Source: Raillietiella orientalis
Taxonomy: Eukaryota
Direction: 5' to 3'
Length of the DNA stretch: 46,360 bases
Assembly (NCBI GenBank): GCA_036172245.1
Contig: JAYWIR010000071.1
Location: forward strand, 372,001 to 418,360
The position numbers were made by a program, and so were the translations under genes. The notes below the pieces were generated by a model. The model saw nothing but the letters and a program-made list of their open reading frames with translations. It did not search any database and was not told where the DNA came from. Of this stretch, positions 25,501 to 37,371 are shown one piece after another (positions within the stretch are counted from its first letter, which is position 1; the number at the start of each line of letters is the position of its first letter).

Positions 25501-27206
25501 TACACTCTTGCGGAAACTTTCGTTTTCGCCAAAAAAAATATAAGGCAAAACTACCATGGTGGTGCCAGATTTAGATGAATGTTTTTTAAAAAAATTCCTT
25601 GTACAAACACATTGAGGTGAAGAACATCTAAAAAATGCGTGAGGTAAAACCTTTTCAAAACGTACGCATTTCAGGGACTTGTGGAAAATCTTCAAGGTCG
25701 TAGCTTTTCCAGTGCTTCCCCTAAAGAGCATTGAGCATCACCACCACGTCAACCTTAGCATCCTGCAGCTGTGTTGGTCGCTCTTCCCTCAGCATCACTC
25801 GCGCAAACAAGTGGGGCAGTCCTCAAGCCCCAAACACGAAACCTGGAATACTCAATGTGAAGATGATGGATAAAACGAGCACTCACGAGTTCATATTCGA
25901 GGGGCTCTGTAACATCCTACTTGGTTCCTTGTTCTGTAGCATCTTGTTCATTATGGTTTACTTTTGAATATTTTGAATGAATCTAAAGCAAGGCAATGCA
26001 AAGGCCTGGACTCGAATCTAACTGGCCTGCCGTTTCGACGAAATAAAAATAAAATTTGGATAGTGTCTGGATTGAATCAAAGAAAACAGATCCTCACAGT
26101 AGGCAATATTTGGACGAATATATTAAGAAATAAATAAGGAATGAGAAACTGGCCATTCGATACTAGGTGACTACTGTGGGGCTGAGTCACTAACAGCTAG
26201 CTGTTAACGAAAGGAAAAAGTGACGCGGTATTGCTTTCATCTGTTTCTAGGCCTTGTTCTAGGGCACTCTTGTTTCAACCAGCGAAGGCAAGACCGAGCT
26301 CACAGGAATCAAGGCAGAGGCAGCTCACCAGCTACATCACCAATAGAATCAGATAAACTACGGAAGAGCTTGGAGAATGACACAGGAACCAGGTCAGCAA
26401 CCAAATCCTCTCTAACTCCTAGGATATACTATAGAAGGAATGCAATGCAATATATTTAAGTGAAGTAACTACAAGGAAAAAGGAATCTCAGGTTAGTACC
26501 AAGGAGTCAATAAATCTGGGCTAGTGTATTGATTAGATTTCTACTGCTACATCTCAACGTGAGCAGGAAGACATGGATAAGAATGCACAAAACACTTTGC
26601 TCTAGTGCTAAAAAAAAAAGAAAAAAAGAGAAAAGAAAAGAAGGAAAGCAGAAGAATAATTCCTTCCCATGGAAACTCATTCAGAATCTGAGAAAGAAAT
26701 CCGTTTAATACATGAATGTTCTTAGTCAGGAAAGTCAACAAACAAACAGTTCCTAGGGGAAAAATTGGCCTCAAAGACACATGCTTTAAAACGAAGCCTT
26801 AGAAATTGCGTAACTTGTAGGAAAATTAAAAAAAAAATCTTCCTGGACTTCTAATTGATTCAAGATCTACAGCAACACGGGTGTATAACATACAATCACC
26901 AAATAATGTGCAAAACAACTTATTTTTCCATGGCAGCCCACGAGCAATCTCGTTGTTCCACAAGACGTGCCTTAGGTCAAAATTACAGAGTGAAGATCTC
27001 AAAGAGGACTGCGCATCAATAGATATGACAAAAGACGGCGACATGTATTAGAAGGCTAGAGATATGAATCATATTGGACACTTGGGTAATTAATGTAGAT
27101 TCTAGCTTCACGAGCTGGAACGACATCATAAGGGGTACATGAATGATACCTCCTTATGTAGTTTGCTCTTAAATTGCAATACTGTACACTAGAAGATTTG
27201 GTGAGC

Positions 27207-27658
27207 TTAAATTTCCTTCTCCCCTGGAAATAAACGTGCAACTACAGGTGATAGAATACATTCATTCACTATTTCAGCTATTTGTACGATGATATAGTTC
27301 ATTGCAAGACCCGCTGCAAATGGTACTACGGTTCCTATCACTGCACTTGTTAAAGCTGCTGATTGCATCCCAACACCAGGAAAAATGGAACCTGCAGCTG
27401 CAGCAAGACCAACTCCAGTCCGGATACTTAGAGCTGTTAATGTGCCGAAGTACATTACAGCAACTTTGGCCTTATCCTTATCTTCTTTTTCAGTTCTATC
27501 TGAAAAGCAAAGAGAATGCACCCCGTGCTACCTTGTACTACCTTGTTCTTCGGATATAAATATAGTTTCTTTGATTTGATATCTTTGTCTCATTTCCGCT
27601 TACTTTTTACTAACTCGTAAATATCTTTTAAAACTTTTATTTCATCAATTTGAAGCAT
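27207..27658 (-). CDS. Putative small Gly/Ala-rich membrane protein (2 exons; 5' end uncertain)
   Basis: Exon 27658-27604 (MLQIDEIKVLKDIYELVK, donor GTAAGC) splices in phase to 27499-27207 (acceptor TTTTCAG), which encodes long hydrophobic GVGLAAAAGSIFPGVG...VIGTVVPFAAGLAMNYIIV segments. The frame also stays open some way upstream of the ATG. Confidence 0.45.
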
Positions 27659-28359
27659 ACATGCATCCAATTTGGTATAATCTCCACCCACTACACTCTT
27701 GAATGCAGCTGTATTACATTCAAAATTCCCAGTACGTATTTGTGGAGACCTAGAATGTTGAGCTTCTATATTCTCAGTGAAAATAAAAACGTGTATTTTG
27801 GATTCTGTTTTGTCTCTGTGTTGGTGTAATTTGAGGGTTCATTTACTGAAGTGTTTCAGCAAATAGGTTTGTTTCTGCTTTGGATGGGACTGGAAAATAC
27901 ACAGTTAGAGGTTAATCGCAGATTTCATCTTAATAAATTGTTAATTCGGGAACAAGGAATTGCACAAGCGTGATTATCTGACAAGGATTCGCGGTTTGTA
28001 GGTTTGTGACGGAAGGAAAATCCCGGTGTAGTAAAGTTCAATCAAAAATAAAAGTTGCGAAGCATTGTGCTGCAACTGTTGCTGTTGCTTGGTTGGATTT
28101 CCTGATCATTTCCAGCTACGTGTTTAATTAGGAAGGCTGAACAATTTTCTACTCTTCGTGCATCCCATCTATTCTCGAAGCTTGCTTTTCCATCGATTGA
28201 AGGGTGTCCCATGTTTCGTCTTCTGATTAAAGAGTGGATACCTTTGAAGGTATTTTTCCAGATCAACTTTCGAAAGTGAATAGAAAAAAAAAAGAAAAAG
28301 CAAACGAGTAGGGTTTGCAACGAGGCTTTCCACCTTACTGTGGTTTGCAACTGAGAACC

Positions 28360-28560
28360 CCGCTGACCGCGGTGTGCATCCCCTTAGTTCCACGGTGAAA
28401 CCCAATGGAGGGTGTACACGTCGAGTACACGTTCGTCGCCGCGAGCTCGCCGGGCCGCAGTTCCCGCGGTCCGATATTTGTGCGAGCGCGGTGCACGTCG
28501 CCTGCCGCGGGGTCCCCCAGGAAAGGGTCTTCCCTGTGTACGCGGTGCATTCAGGAGAGG
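28360..28560. promoter_or_regulatory. CpG-rich island, candidate bidirectional promoter
   Basis: Sharp GC/CpG-rich patch with recurring CGCGG(TG) motifs in AT-rich DNA, lying between the divergent 27207-27658 gene and DNAJC3. Confidence 0.4.
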
Positions 28561-28981
28561 GGAAGGAAGTCACCGGATTTTTATTCACCGGTAATGCCGT
28601 TTCAAAAGGGGAAAACATGACGGTTGTTCGAATTCAGCATCATTATTGCAGTGTGGTTTCTCTGAAGAACCCAAGTGGCCTATTACGAATATAATTGTGT
28701 GAACAGAGCAACAATTGCTTGTTTTAATTATGTGCTCAGTGCATTACAGTTTTCAAGATTAAAAAAGAACTTTCGTATAAGTTGTTATCGGTGTTGGAAA
28801 ATTCTAAACATTTTCGTTTAGATTAAGCCAAAAAAAAAAAAATGCTTATCTACATTTCAGTGTGACTTCCATAATTTCTAAAAAGTGTCACCTGTAATTT
28901 TTTTTAGATCTGTCCAAACAAATATTTTTTAAACATGGTGAACCTTTATGAAAGTTGATCAAAAATCACGATTTTTTGGTC

Positions 28982-31900
28982 ATGCTTCAGAACATTGTAG
29001 TATTATTATATTCTGTATTTTCTTCACCTGTTGTTTTGTTTTTTTGTGGTGTATGGAATTACAAAGGTATATTTTGCAAATTAATATATTTTTTTTCCTC
29101 ATATATTGATACATTAAATTGAACTTTATTGAATGTTTCTGGCCAACTGTTGTGTTTGTAGTCTGGTCATCCAGTGTTGAGGAACATTTGGAGCTAGGCA
29201 AAGAACTATTATCCAGAGGTCAATTGCAAGATGCCCTTGTTCATTTCAATTCAGCAGTTGGTATGCTTTCATGCCTGTTAAGATCAATGATGTTATTTTT
29301 GTATTGGATATTGTAGAAATCGACAAGCAGAATTATTTAACTTTTTATAAGAGGGCCACTGTGTATTTAGCACTAGGAAAAGCAAAAGCTGCAAAAAATG
29401 ATCTGGATGAAGTGATTAGGTTAAAACCAGATTTTTTATCTGTGAGTCTTATAGAATGAAAGTAATAAAATCTCTCCTGTGAACTTCAGGCAAGAGTACA
29501 AAGAGGGAACATATTCCTAAAGCAGGGTCACCTGGATGAAGCACACATAGATCTTGAATTTGTGGTAAATATTACATTGGTTAAATATTTTAAGTATAGA
29601 TGTTAATTAAATAAGGTATAAACAGTTGAGTGTGTAGTTCACCGGAATTGAGTATTTGTAGATTTGTGTTGCTTTGCAACTATTTTGAGGATTTCAAAAA
29701 TGTTTCGCATTAGTCTTGATCAAATTTCGTAACTTTTGAATTGCAAAATGTTGAAATTGCAGACTTTAATGTGGCATTTATTCTGTAAACTAATTGATGT
29801 TTTTCCCGTATGCATTGGATTTTATCTTTCATCGTTTGTAATAATTTCCCTTTAGAATAATATTATAATATCCCCGAATCACTGTCTTTACAAATCAAGT
29901 GCAGACATGAAGAACATGCATTAATTTTGAGACAACAAGCATTAATACAGAATGGGAATTCATGCTTAAAAGCTTCAAAAATTCTTGAAAACATCTATAG
30001 ATACTTATCGATTTTTTTGATTTTCGACGTAAGTTGGCTGTTAATTTTCCTAAATGATAAAGAACATGAATGTGTTTGATGTCATATGGTAAGTAAGATA
30101 AGTCAGTTGACCATAGTTATTGCAAAGGAAAGTTGATTTAGTCCCCAGTAATGAATAAAATTTTGATATGCAAAGGAAGAAAATGATAATTGTAAATTTG
30201 AATGGGAACTACAAGATGAGATAGAAACTGATTTAATAATATGAAGGGATAAAATTTCTATATTTTGAGTTCATAAATTTTACTTTTAAAGTGTGTAATT
30301 TGATCATATTACATGTTTTTTGTGGTCATTGCTTTTTTGTGTTACATAATTAATTGTATTTTGCCCATGAAAGTGTGGAAATTTTTCGTTATTTACATCT
30401 CAGAATGGGACGATTTGTGCAATATTTCAATTTTCATTTAATGCAATATCGCTGCATTATGTAAATGTCTCTTATCTTCCCCTTAATAGAATGAAAGTCA
30501 AATCAAAATGGTTGGAATTGATTTTATTTTTCATGATTCATATAAAATGCATTTTTTTTATAATAAGGATTTCTGTGATCATTTGTTTCAATTTAGTCCA
30601 ACAAATGTGCTCTATTTTCTAAACATAACTTTAGGAAATTTGTAATTTTATCTTTGTTCATTGGTTGTATACTCAATTGAAGTATTGCATAGTGAGAATG
30701 CAGTAGTAGAATTTTCAGTTCTTCAGAACTCTTAGCATTAAATCACAAACACAACATGCAGGTTTTATTGCTATTAAGCTTGGTAATTGTTTGGAACCAT
30801 GTTTCTATAGATAATTGGAAATCATTGTGCTTAAATGAAGCATTACTATGATTTGAGCATGTAGTAAAATTTAAAACGTGTTTAGTTGGAAACCTGATAA
30901 TGTTGATGTGCTAATAAGGAGAACTGGAAAAATACGTATTTGGTATTTTTATTTGTTCCAGTTACGTCAGCAACCCAACAACGATGCAGCACAGCAACTT
31001 TATAATGCTATTGCACCTGCGGCACAAACCACTGAAGAAATTGAAACATTGATAAAAGTAAATAATTACCATGGTGCTCTTGAACTTTTAGGGAGAGCAC
31101 TTGATGTAAGGTGATCATATAGCATGTTAACCAATATTACTACCACAATGCTTAGGTGTGCCCTTGGAGTGTGAAATTACGTGAAATAAGAGCTGAGTGT
31201 TTAATCCAGGTAGGTGACATGCGGGGTGCCATAGCTGACTTGAAGCCTACTATCAGGCTGATGCCTGATAATACTCCAACACTACTCAAACTTTCTCATT
31301 TGTATTATGAATTGGGTGAAGCAGATGAAGCTCTTAGGTAAGTACAGGTAATTGTTTTGCCAATCTAATTATTTGTTTATAATGTAGTCAGATACGTGAG
31401 TGTCTCAAATTGGATCCAGATCATCAGCAATGTTACCAGTATTATAAGAAGTTGAAGAAGTTACACAAAACAATTGAGGATCTTGAGAAATCTGCTAAAA
31501 ATGAACAGTATGCTGACTGTATTAACAATGCCAGAAAAGTAATGTTTACTTTAAGGTGTCCATAATTCCATTGATGTTTTTTATAGGTAGAGCAACTTGA
31601 GCCAGAAATTGCAATGTTTAAATTTTTGGCCAATGACAAATTATGCACATGTTTTTATAAAAGTAACGAAATATTCGAGAGTATTCATTCTTGTACAGAA
31701 GCTTTGAATATACAAGAAGAAGAGCGTCTGTATTGCGATCGTGCTGATGCCCATCTTGCAGACAATAACTGGGATGAAGGTACAAATCTTACTTAATATA
31801 GATAACTTAAACCTATTGCAGCTATTAGTGACTTTCAAAAAGCCCTTAAGATGAATGAAGGATTCCAAAGAGCACGTGAGGGTTTGCAAAGGGCCCAGAA

Positions 31901-32225
31901 ATTGCAAAAATTGTCGCTAAAGCGTGATTATTACAAAATTTTGGGTGTGAAACGAACTGCCACCAAGCAAGAAATCACGAAAGCCTATCGCAAATTAGCT
32001 CAAAAATGGCATCCAGATAACTATTCTGGAGATGAGAAAAAAATGGCAGAGAAAAAGTTTATAGATATAGCTGCTGCAAGGGAAGTACTTTCTGATCCAG
32101 AGAAACGACAAAAGTATGAAAATGGTGAAGATCCGCTGGATCCCGAATCACAGCAAGGACAGCAGTTTAATCCATTCCACCATTTTCATGGTGCACCATT
32201 CCAGTTTCGGTTTCATTTCAATTGA
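28982..32225 (+). CDS. DNAJC3: DnaJ homolog subfamily C member 3 (P58IPK; TPR repeats + C-terminal J domain), 9 coding exons
   Basis: Exons 28982-29066, 29162-29260, 29317-29441, 29490-29564, 30962-31105, 31156-31337, 31388-31538, 31587-31779, 31822-32225 (GT-AG). Motifs: VEEHLELGKELLSRGQLQDAL, YLTFYKRATVYLALGK, IRECLKLDPDH, KRDYYKILGV, WHPD, and C-terminal FRFHFN. First exon is least certain. Confidence 0.95.
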
Positions 32226-33059
32226 TTCTTGTTAGGTTTATCTGACCTAGTCATTGTTTAGTGCCTTATTTTTGTAGAGAAATTAATTCCCAATCCATGT
32301 CTGTATCTTTTTTTGAAAGCATAAGAGGCATAAGATGCTTGTTAGTGTTGCCATCTGCCACTCGGATTATTTTATTATAAATCTAAATGACTGGATAATG
32401 TAAAATATCGATTATTATCACACAATAAATCTTGTGTTTTTTTCTGAAACTTTTATGAAAATAAATTTAAAATTCTGTGATAGAATTTGAATGTAAAATT
32501 TAAAAATTATTATAGAAAAGAATTTACCACGCAAACCAGCATTTAGCATGGCCCCCCCAACAATTACAGTGTTGACCATGTATTTCATGTAAATCTAAAT
32601 CTATCAATAAGTACGTCAGTCTTCCCCTGCCCAATAGTTGGCCATCAAATAATGTGGAATATTAAGCCAGTTATTCTGATGTATTCCTTGGGTACTGTAT
32701 CCTTAACAGAATCTAAATGTATGGGTCCATAAAATCTTCAGCACTGTTACTTCTGCCACTTTCAAAATGTTCAATGATTCTCGGTGAGAAATGTAATTAA
32801 TGCTACGAATTTCATACGATAATGTACTTTTTTTTTGAAAATGAGTTAAACAGCAGAAGCATTCTGCCAAAGGATTAGCATTGGCAACTTCGCAAATTAA
32901 GGTCGGGATCGATTTGCAAGCATGTAACAGTTCTACTCAATAACATGAAAGCCATGCGGTTTCACATTTCCCCAATCCCACAAGGGGTGGGATAAATTTA
33001 TTTTCTGATCATTCATACTGCGATCTCATTCGTTCCATTTTGAACAAAGTTCATAACTA

Positions 33060-35500
33060 TTTTTTTTTTTTCCATTGAAGTTTACTACGGGGAGTCAGAG
33101 AATTGAGGTTCTGCACTAGCCAGGGTTTGGGTGTGTTTGGACAATATCTCCAATTTTTTTAAGGATACATCGGTATGCTGGCACTTTAAAACAGTTCCGT
33201 ATGCCCATCTCTCTTCGGATAATCCCTTTCAGGATTTCCATGGGAGATTCTGCCCTTCCACTGGTCCTCATCTTCTATCATCTGATTAGGATGGCCCTAA
33301 TAAACAGGGCAGTGGACGTCCTAGACATGAGATCGTAACAAGGGACGTTACCTCTTCCTTGAAACATCTTGTCAGGACTTACGTCGGCGAATAGTTCTGC
33401 AGCCCTGCAACCCTTTACAGAGTCTGCCAGTCTTGATGTATTGTGGGGCAGGTCAAGAAATGAAGTCATGTGTCCACGACCACGCATGCTTTGCAGACCT
33501 CGTCTTCTCTTGCAGCTGTGAAGTATTTCATTTTAAGCCCGCTCAGGATTCCTCCATGATAAACATCAGGAGGTTGTCCTGGGTCTCCAGCGGTATTTCA
33601 CTACAGCAGGTACTTCCAATCGCTAGCAGCATGACCCTGTTGCTCCCGGAGCGATTGGCAGCTTCTTGGAGGGCGTTGGTATCTTTGCCTTCAAAAGTAG
33701 ATGGTACAAGCACTTGCTCATCCTGGTTCACGCCATATTGTGGTTTTTAAACACTTCGCGCGTCTGATGGGTAAACCTACCTGACACCATCTCAACGTAC
33801 CATGTAATACATGAGGTATAGTAGTATCCTCCACTTTTCCAGCTTGCGGATCTACTGAAATAAACTCTGGGGTGCTAGCAGATCTAACTCCTCGTGTCGC
33901 TTCGGACAAGGGGCAGACCTCGAATCACCAAAGGATGGATTCATCCTGCGAGAGTTCCTTGCTCCCCGGCACGATCTTCAAATGGTGCTTCTGCCCCAAT
34001 TCCTGCTTTCTTTTCTATATGTGGTCAACAGTTGACCTTTCCCCTGCTCGGTCTAGTAACACAGTCATCAGGCCTCACGAGTTCTTCAGTAACAACGAGT
34101 AGGTCGCTCATAGGCCTACTACTACGGACAGTGATACCAATCGGTCGAGGTGATCAGGAGGTGTGGAGAGTCCCTGATGTCGAGGGCGTGTCCTGGCGAC
34201 TACATCCCAGTGCCTCCATCTTAATTGGGACAACGCAGAGATTTCAGTCGCACCCTTGGTCGATACGTGTGCCAAGGAGATTTCCCTAGCAGCTTTTCCA
34301 CTTGGAGCATGGTCTGCAGAAGACCGCAACGAAAAGTACCCTCAGCAGGAGTAATCCATACCAAATGTTGGCCCGTCGGTTCATGCAGAAGTGCAATCGG
34401 ATGTACTTGCGGAATCCGGGGCCGTAAAAATAAACAAATTTACAGTTCGCTGTTGCACCTTTCGTCTTTTCGTTGTGTTCTGTGCTAAGCCAAAGATTCA
34501 TCGGATCATCGATTGAGTACTCCCGGTTCATCGCATGAAAAATCTGAACGTGGATCCAAATCCAGACCATCGGGCCTGACGGATGAGCTTGAAAATCAAT
34601 TCATCCGTGAAAACTTCACCCACCGGGTCCTCTACCAGCGCGATGTGGCTCGTGCCAACTGACGTTTTTGAGCAGGATTGCTTTGTAACTCCGATGGAAT
34701 AAGGACATTTGGATAATCAGAGAGTGGACAGGGAGGTGGAAGATGGTCACCGAAACCACGCGGATCGGTCCACCACCCATGCCTCCAACCGAAGAGGATG
34801 GAGAGAACGGAAAGGATGAAAGAGGACGCCGTCCATCGACACCAGGCAGCGGCGACAACGGCAGCTTCAAAGCGGCCCCACACGGACGCGACGTCGGGAA
34901 TGCATGCAATGCCCGCTCGCGATCACGAAACGGACCTTTGCGGAAAGCGGCGGCGGCGACGGGACATACCGACCCTCCACCGCTCCGAAAATGGCTTCCC
35001 CAATCAGCACAGTCCAACAAACCGAAGACACGCTTCGGGACGATTCGACGGAAAAGAGGCGACCTGAAAAAGCGTAAAAGCGACGTGGCGCTCACCAGGG
35101 GGAAGCGATCGACTGGGAGGTGGGACAGCCGCTATTGGCTAACGTCGCCGCCACGGAACGAGCGCAGCCTCCACCGGACCACGAATCAGGCAGAGCATCG
35201 CGACGAAGCGCAACGCGCATGCGCACGAACTATCAACAGAGCATAGTGCGCAAATAAGAACAGAGATGGGGAAACCAGAGCAACAAAAAATAAAAAATAA
35301 TCTTGGAGAAAACCAGAGAAAACAACGAAAAAATCACAAAAAAAGAAGAAAGCATTTATTGCAAAAGCAAACAACCACAAACAACAGCAGAAAAACATGC
35401 CATAAAAACTCACAAAACGCCAGAAATCCGCAAATAAACATTCAAATTCACAATACATGAAAAGAAAAGACAGGATAGATCAGAAAATTCAGCATACATA
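33060..35500 (-). mobile_element. Decayed, internally deleted relative of the U1-associated Tx1 element
   Basis: 33120-34420 translates (with stops and shifts) to KYIRLHFCMNRRANIWYGLLLLRVLF, IPLETQDNLLMF, GILSG, VCKAC..DT.LHFLTCPT, FQGRGNVPCYD, ALFIRAILIR, EILKGIIRREMGIRNC. All are colinear with the C-terminal half of the ORF2 at 37372-40899. T12 tail at 33060-33071. 34550-34800 has a weak ORF1 match (DPVGEVFTDELIFKL vs NQFGEIFSGEGFAKM). Extension beyond ~34420 to 35500 is tentative. Confidence 0.75.
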
Positions 35501-35505
35501 CAATC

Positions 35506-35668
35506 ATACTTACCTGGCTTCGAGGCGATCTTGGTCACCATGGAGATCCCTCCAGAGTGAGGCTCGATCATTGCACTGCGATTGGGCTGACCTCTGCGAT
35601 AACCCCAAACGTGGGTTACTCGGAAGCATAATTTTTAGGCTGGGAGACTGCGTTCGCGCGGACTCCTG
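35506..35668 (+). ncRNA. U1: U1 spliceosomal snRNA sequence, full length (163 nt)
   Basis: 5' ATACTTACCTGG; stem-loop I (GAGG.GATCTT/GAGATCCCTC); U1A loop ATTGCAC (35570-35576); SLIII CCCCAAACGTGGG; Sm site AATTTTTAG (35630-35638); SLIV GGGAGACTGCG-TTCG-CGCGGACTCCT. Confidence 0.95.
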
Positions 35669-35806
35669 CGAATTTCTTCAAAGTAAGTGGTTTTTTTCGA
35701 GTGCTGTGTGGAAAGTGGTGCGACAGAAAGGGACCGTGGACTTTGCCCTACCACCCAGTGTGCGGAGGAGGACGTTGCCCCACGGGATCGGCCCCAGTGG
35801 GGGAAA

Positions 35807-37365
35807 ATGGAGGCGATGGACGTCTCCACATGTGCGAGGCCGGTAGAGGCGCTGGCGGCGAGATCGGCGGAAGGGCCGAACGCAGCGTGCGCGGGAGCGG
35901 CGTCCCCTGCAACGCTCGTTGCGACGCCCGTATCGATCCGCCCTGCGTCGTACGCGGCGGCAGCAGCGGCGGCGCCACCTGGCGGTTGGAATGCGGCGGC
36001 GGTGAAATCGGTGGGTTTTCCGGGAGTGCCTCCGGCAAAACCGAGGATCGCTGTCCAACCAACAAGGTACATCCTGGACGACGAGGATGAGCCTATACTC
36101 GTCCTGCCGGCAGATGTCAAGCCGGTAGTTTTTAACTGCGGTCCCCTTCGTTTGGCAAACGTGAAGGACATTTACATCGCCCTTCATCAGAAAAACGTCG
36201 ATATGGACGTAGTTCAGGCCGTGATTCCGTGTGGGAACGGTTTCACCATTTACACGTCGTGCGATCCCCTCATCGAGGCACTTTGCGATCACGGCTTGAC
36301 CATCAGTGGGAAGCTATTCCGTGGAGTAGGAGAAACCTCCACGACGACAGTGTACCTGAAAGGGGTTGACTTTCACACCAGCAAGAAAGTCATCAAGAAC
36401 TTCCTGTCGCAGTACGGGGAAGTCCACCATCTGGAGATACGGAACCAGTTTGGTGAGATCTTCTCCGGAGAAGGATTTGCCAAGATGCGCCTGTACGAAA
36501 ATGCGCAGATGCCTGGCGTGGCTTACATCGACGCGTATTCGCAATCGGTGATGTTCAAATACAGGCAACAACCTGTATTTTGCGCAGGCTGCAAGACGTT
36601 TGGGCACCGCATCGGAGCATGCCCTAGGGCTCAATGTCACCGATGCGGCCAGCGAGGCCACTTCTTCCGGGAGTGCAACCAGCCCATAAAGTGCTACTTC
36701 TGCGGCTTGTCTGGTCATTCGAAGAAGGAATGCAGGCGATACGCCGCATGGAGGGACGCACAGGGGCTGCCACCATTAACGGTGGAACCGCAAGTGCAAA
36801 CGGAAGAGGAGAAGAAGACTCCTTCGGCCGAGGTGACTGCCAGGAAGGCGGCAGAACTCACCGAAGGGAAAAGAAGCCCGCAAAGGGGAAGAGAAAGACA
36901 GCACCACAACCTTCTGTGGAAGCGCCGGCGGAAGAGGCCGAGCCAGCCAAGGAAGCGGTGGAAATACAAGCTGCAGAGTTGGCGGAAGTTGCCAACGTAA
37001 CAGCAGAAGTGCAAGAAGTCGCGAAAATCGTGCAGGAAGCAGTAACCAGAGAAGCGAAGGCAGAAGCTCTGGAACGCATCAGCCGGGTGGAGGCCTCCAT
37101 CAACGAGCGCGTTCCAGACGCGGCCAAACGCTTCCAATTGGAAGAAAGGATGCTGGAAGTGAAACAGCGCTTCGCCAGAGGGGAGCTTGAGGATCTGCAA
37201 TATGCAGTCCCTCGAAGCGTCCTTAATGAAACGAGGCACTCAATCGCAGACAGCACCGACTACGTCGGGTCAGAAAGCGACGTAGGAGATCAGCGAGACG
37301 CAAAGGGGGGGACGACAACGTCTCCCAAGAAGAAGAGCAAGAGGAAGAGCAGGTCCTCCAACTAG
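35807..37365 (+). CDS. ORF1p (RRM-like region, three CCHC zinc knuckles, charged C-terminus), one frameshift
   Basis: First ATG at 35807. Knuckles CAGCKTFGHRIGAC, CHRCGQRGHFFREC, CYFCGLSGHSKKEC. The A4 run at 36869-36872 is A5 in copy 2 (42388-42392), which restores one ~519-aa frame ending at TAG 37365. Confidence 0.88.
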
Positions 37366-37371
37366 TCCCCT

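Noticed and set aside
18000..26500. Short ORFs in the long AT-rich interval
   Set aside because: No consistent splice chain or recognisable domain. Treated as intergenic or decayed repeat DNA apart from the faint Penelope-like trace.
28617..28694. Upstream ATG frame MTVVRIQHH... as the DNAJC3 start
   Set aside because: Hits a stop after 25 codons with no signal-peptide character. The 28982 ATG splices in phase to the conserved exon.
35186..35460. Phe-rich (minus) and Lys/Asn-rich (plus) ORFs
   Set aside because: Artefacts of the low-complexity A/C-skewed tract.
35687..35806. GTG-initiated N-terminal extension of ORF1 in the ORF track
   Set aside because: Eukaryotic context, so the first ATG (35807) is the more plausible start.
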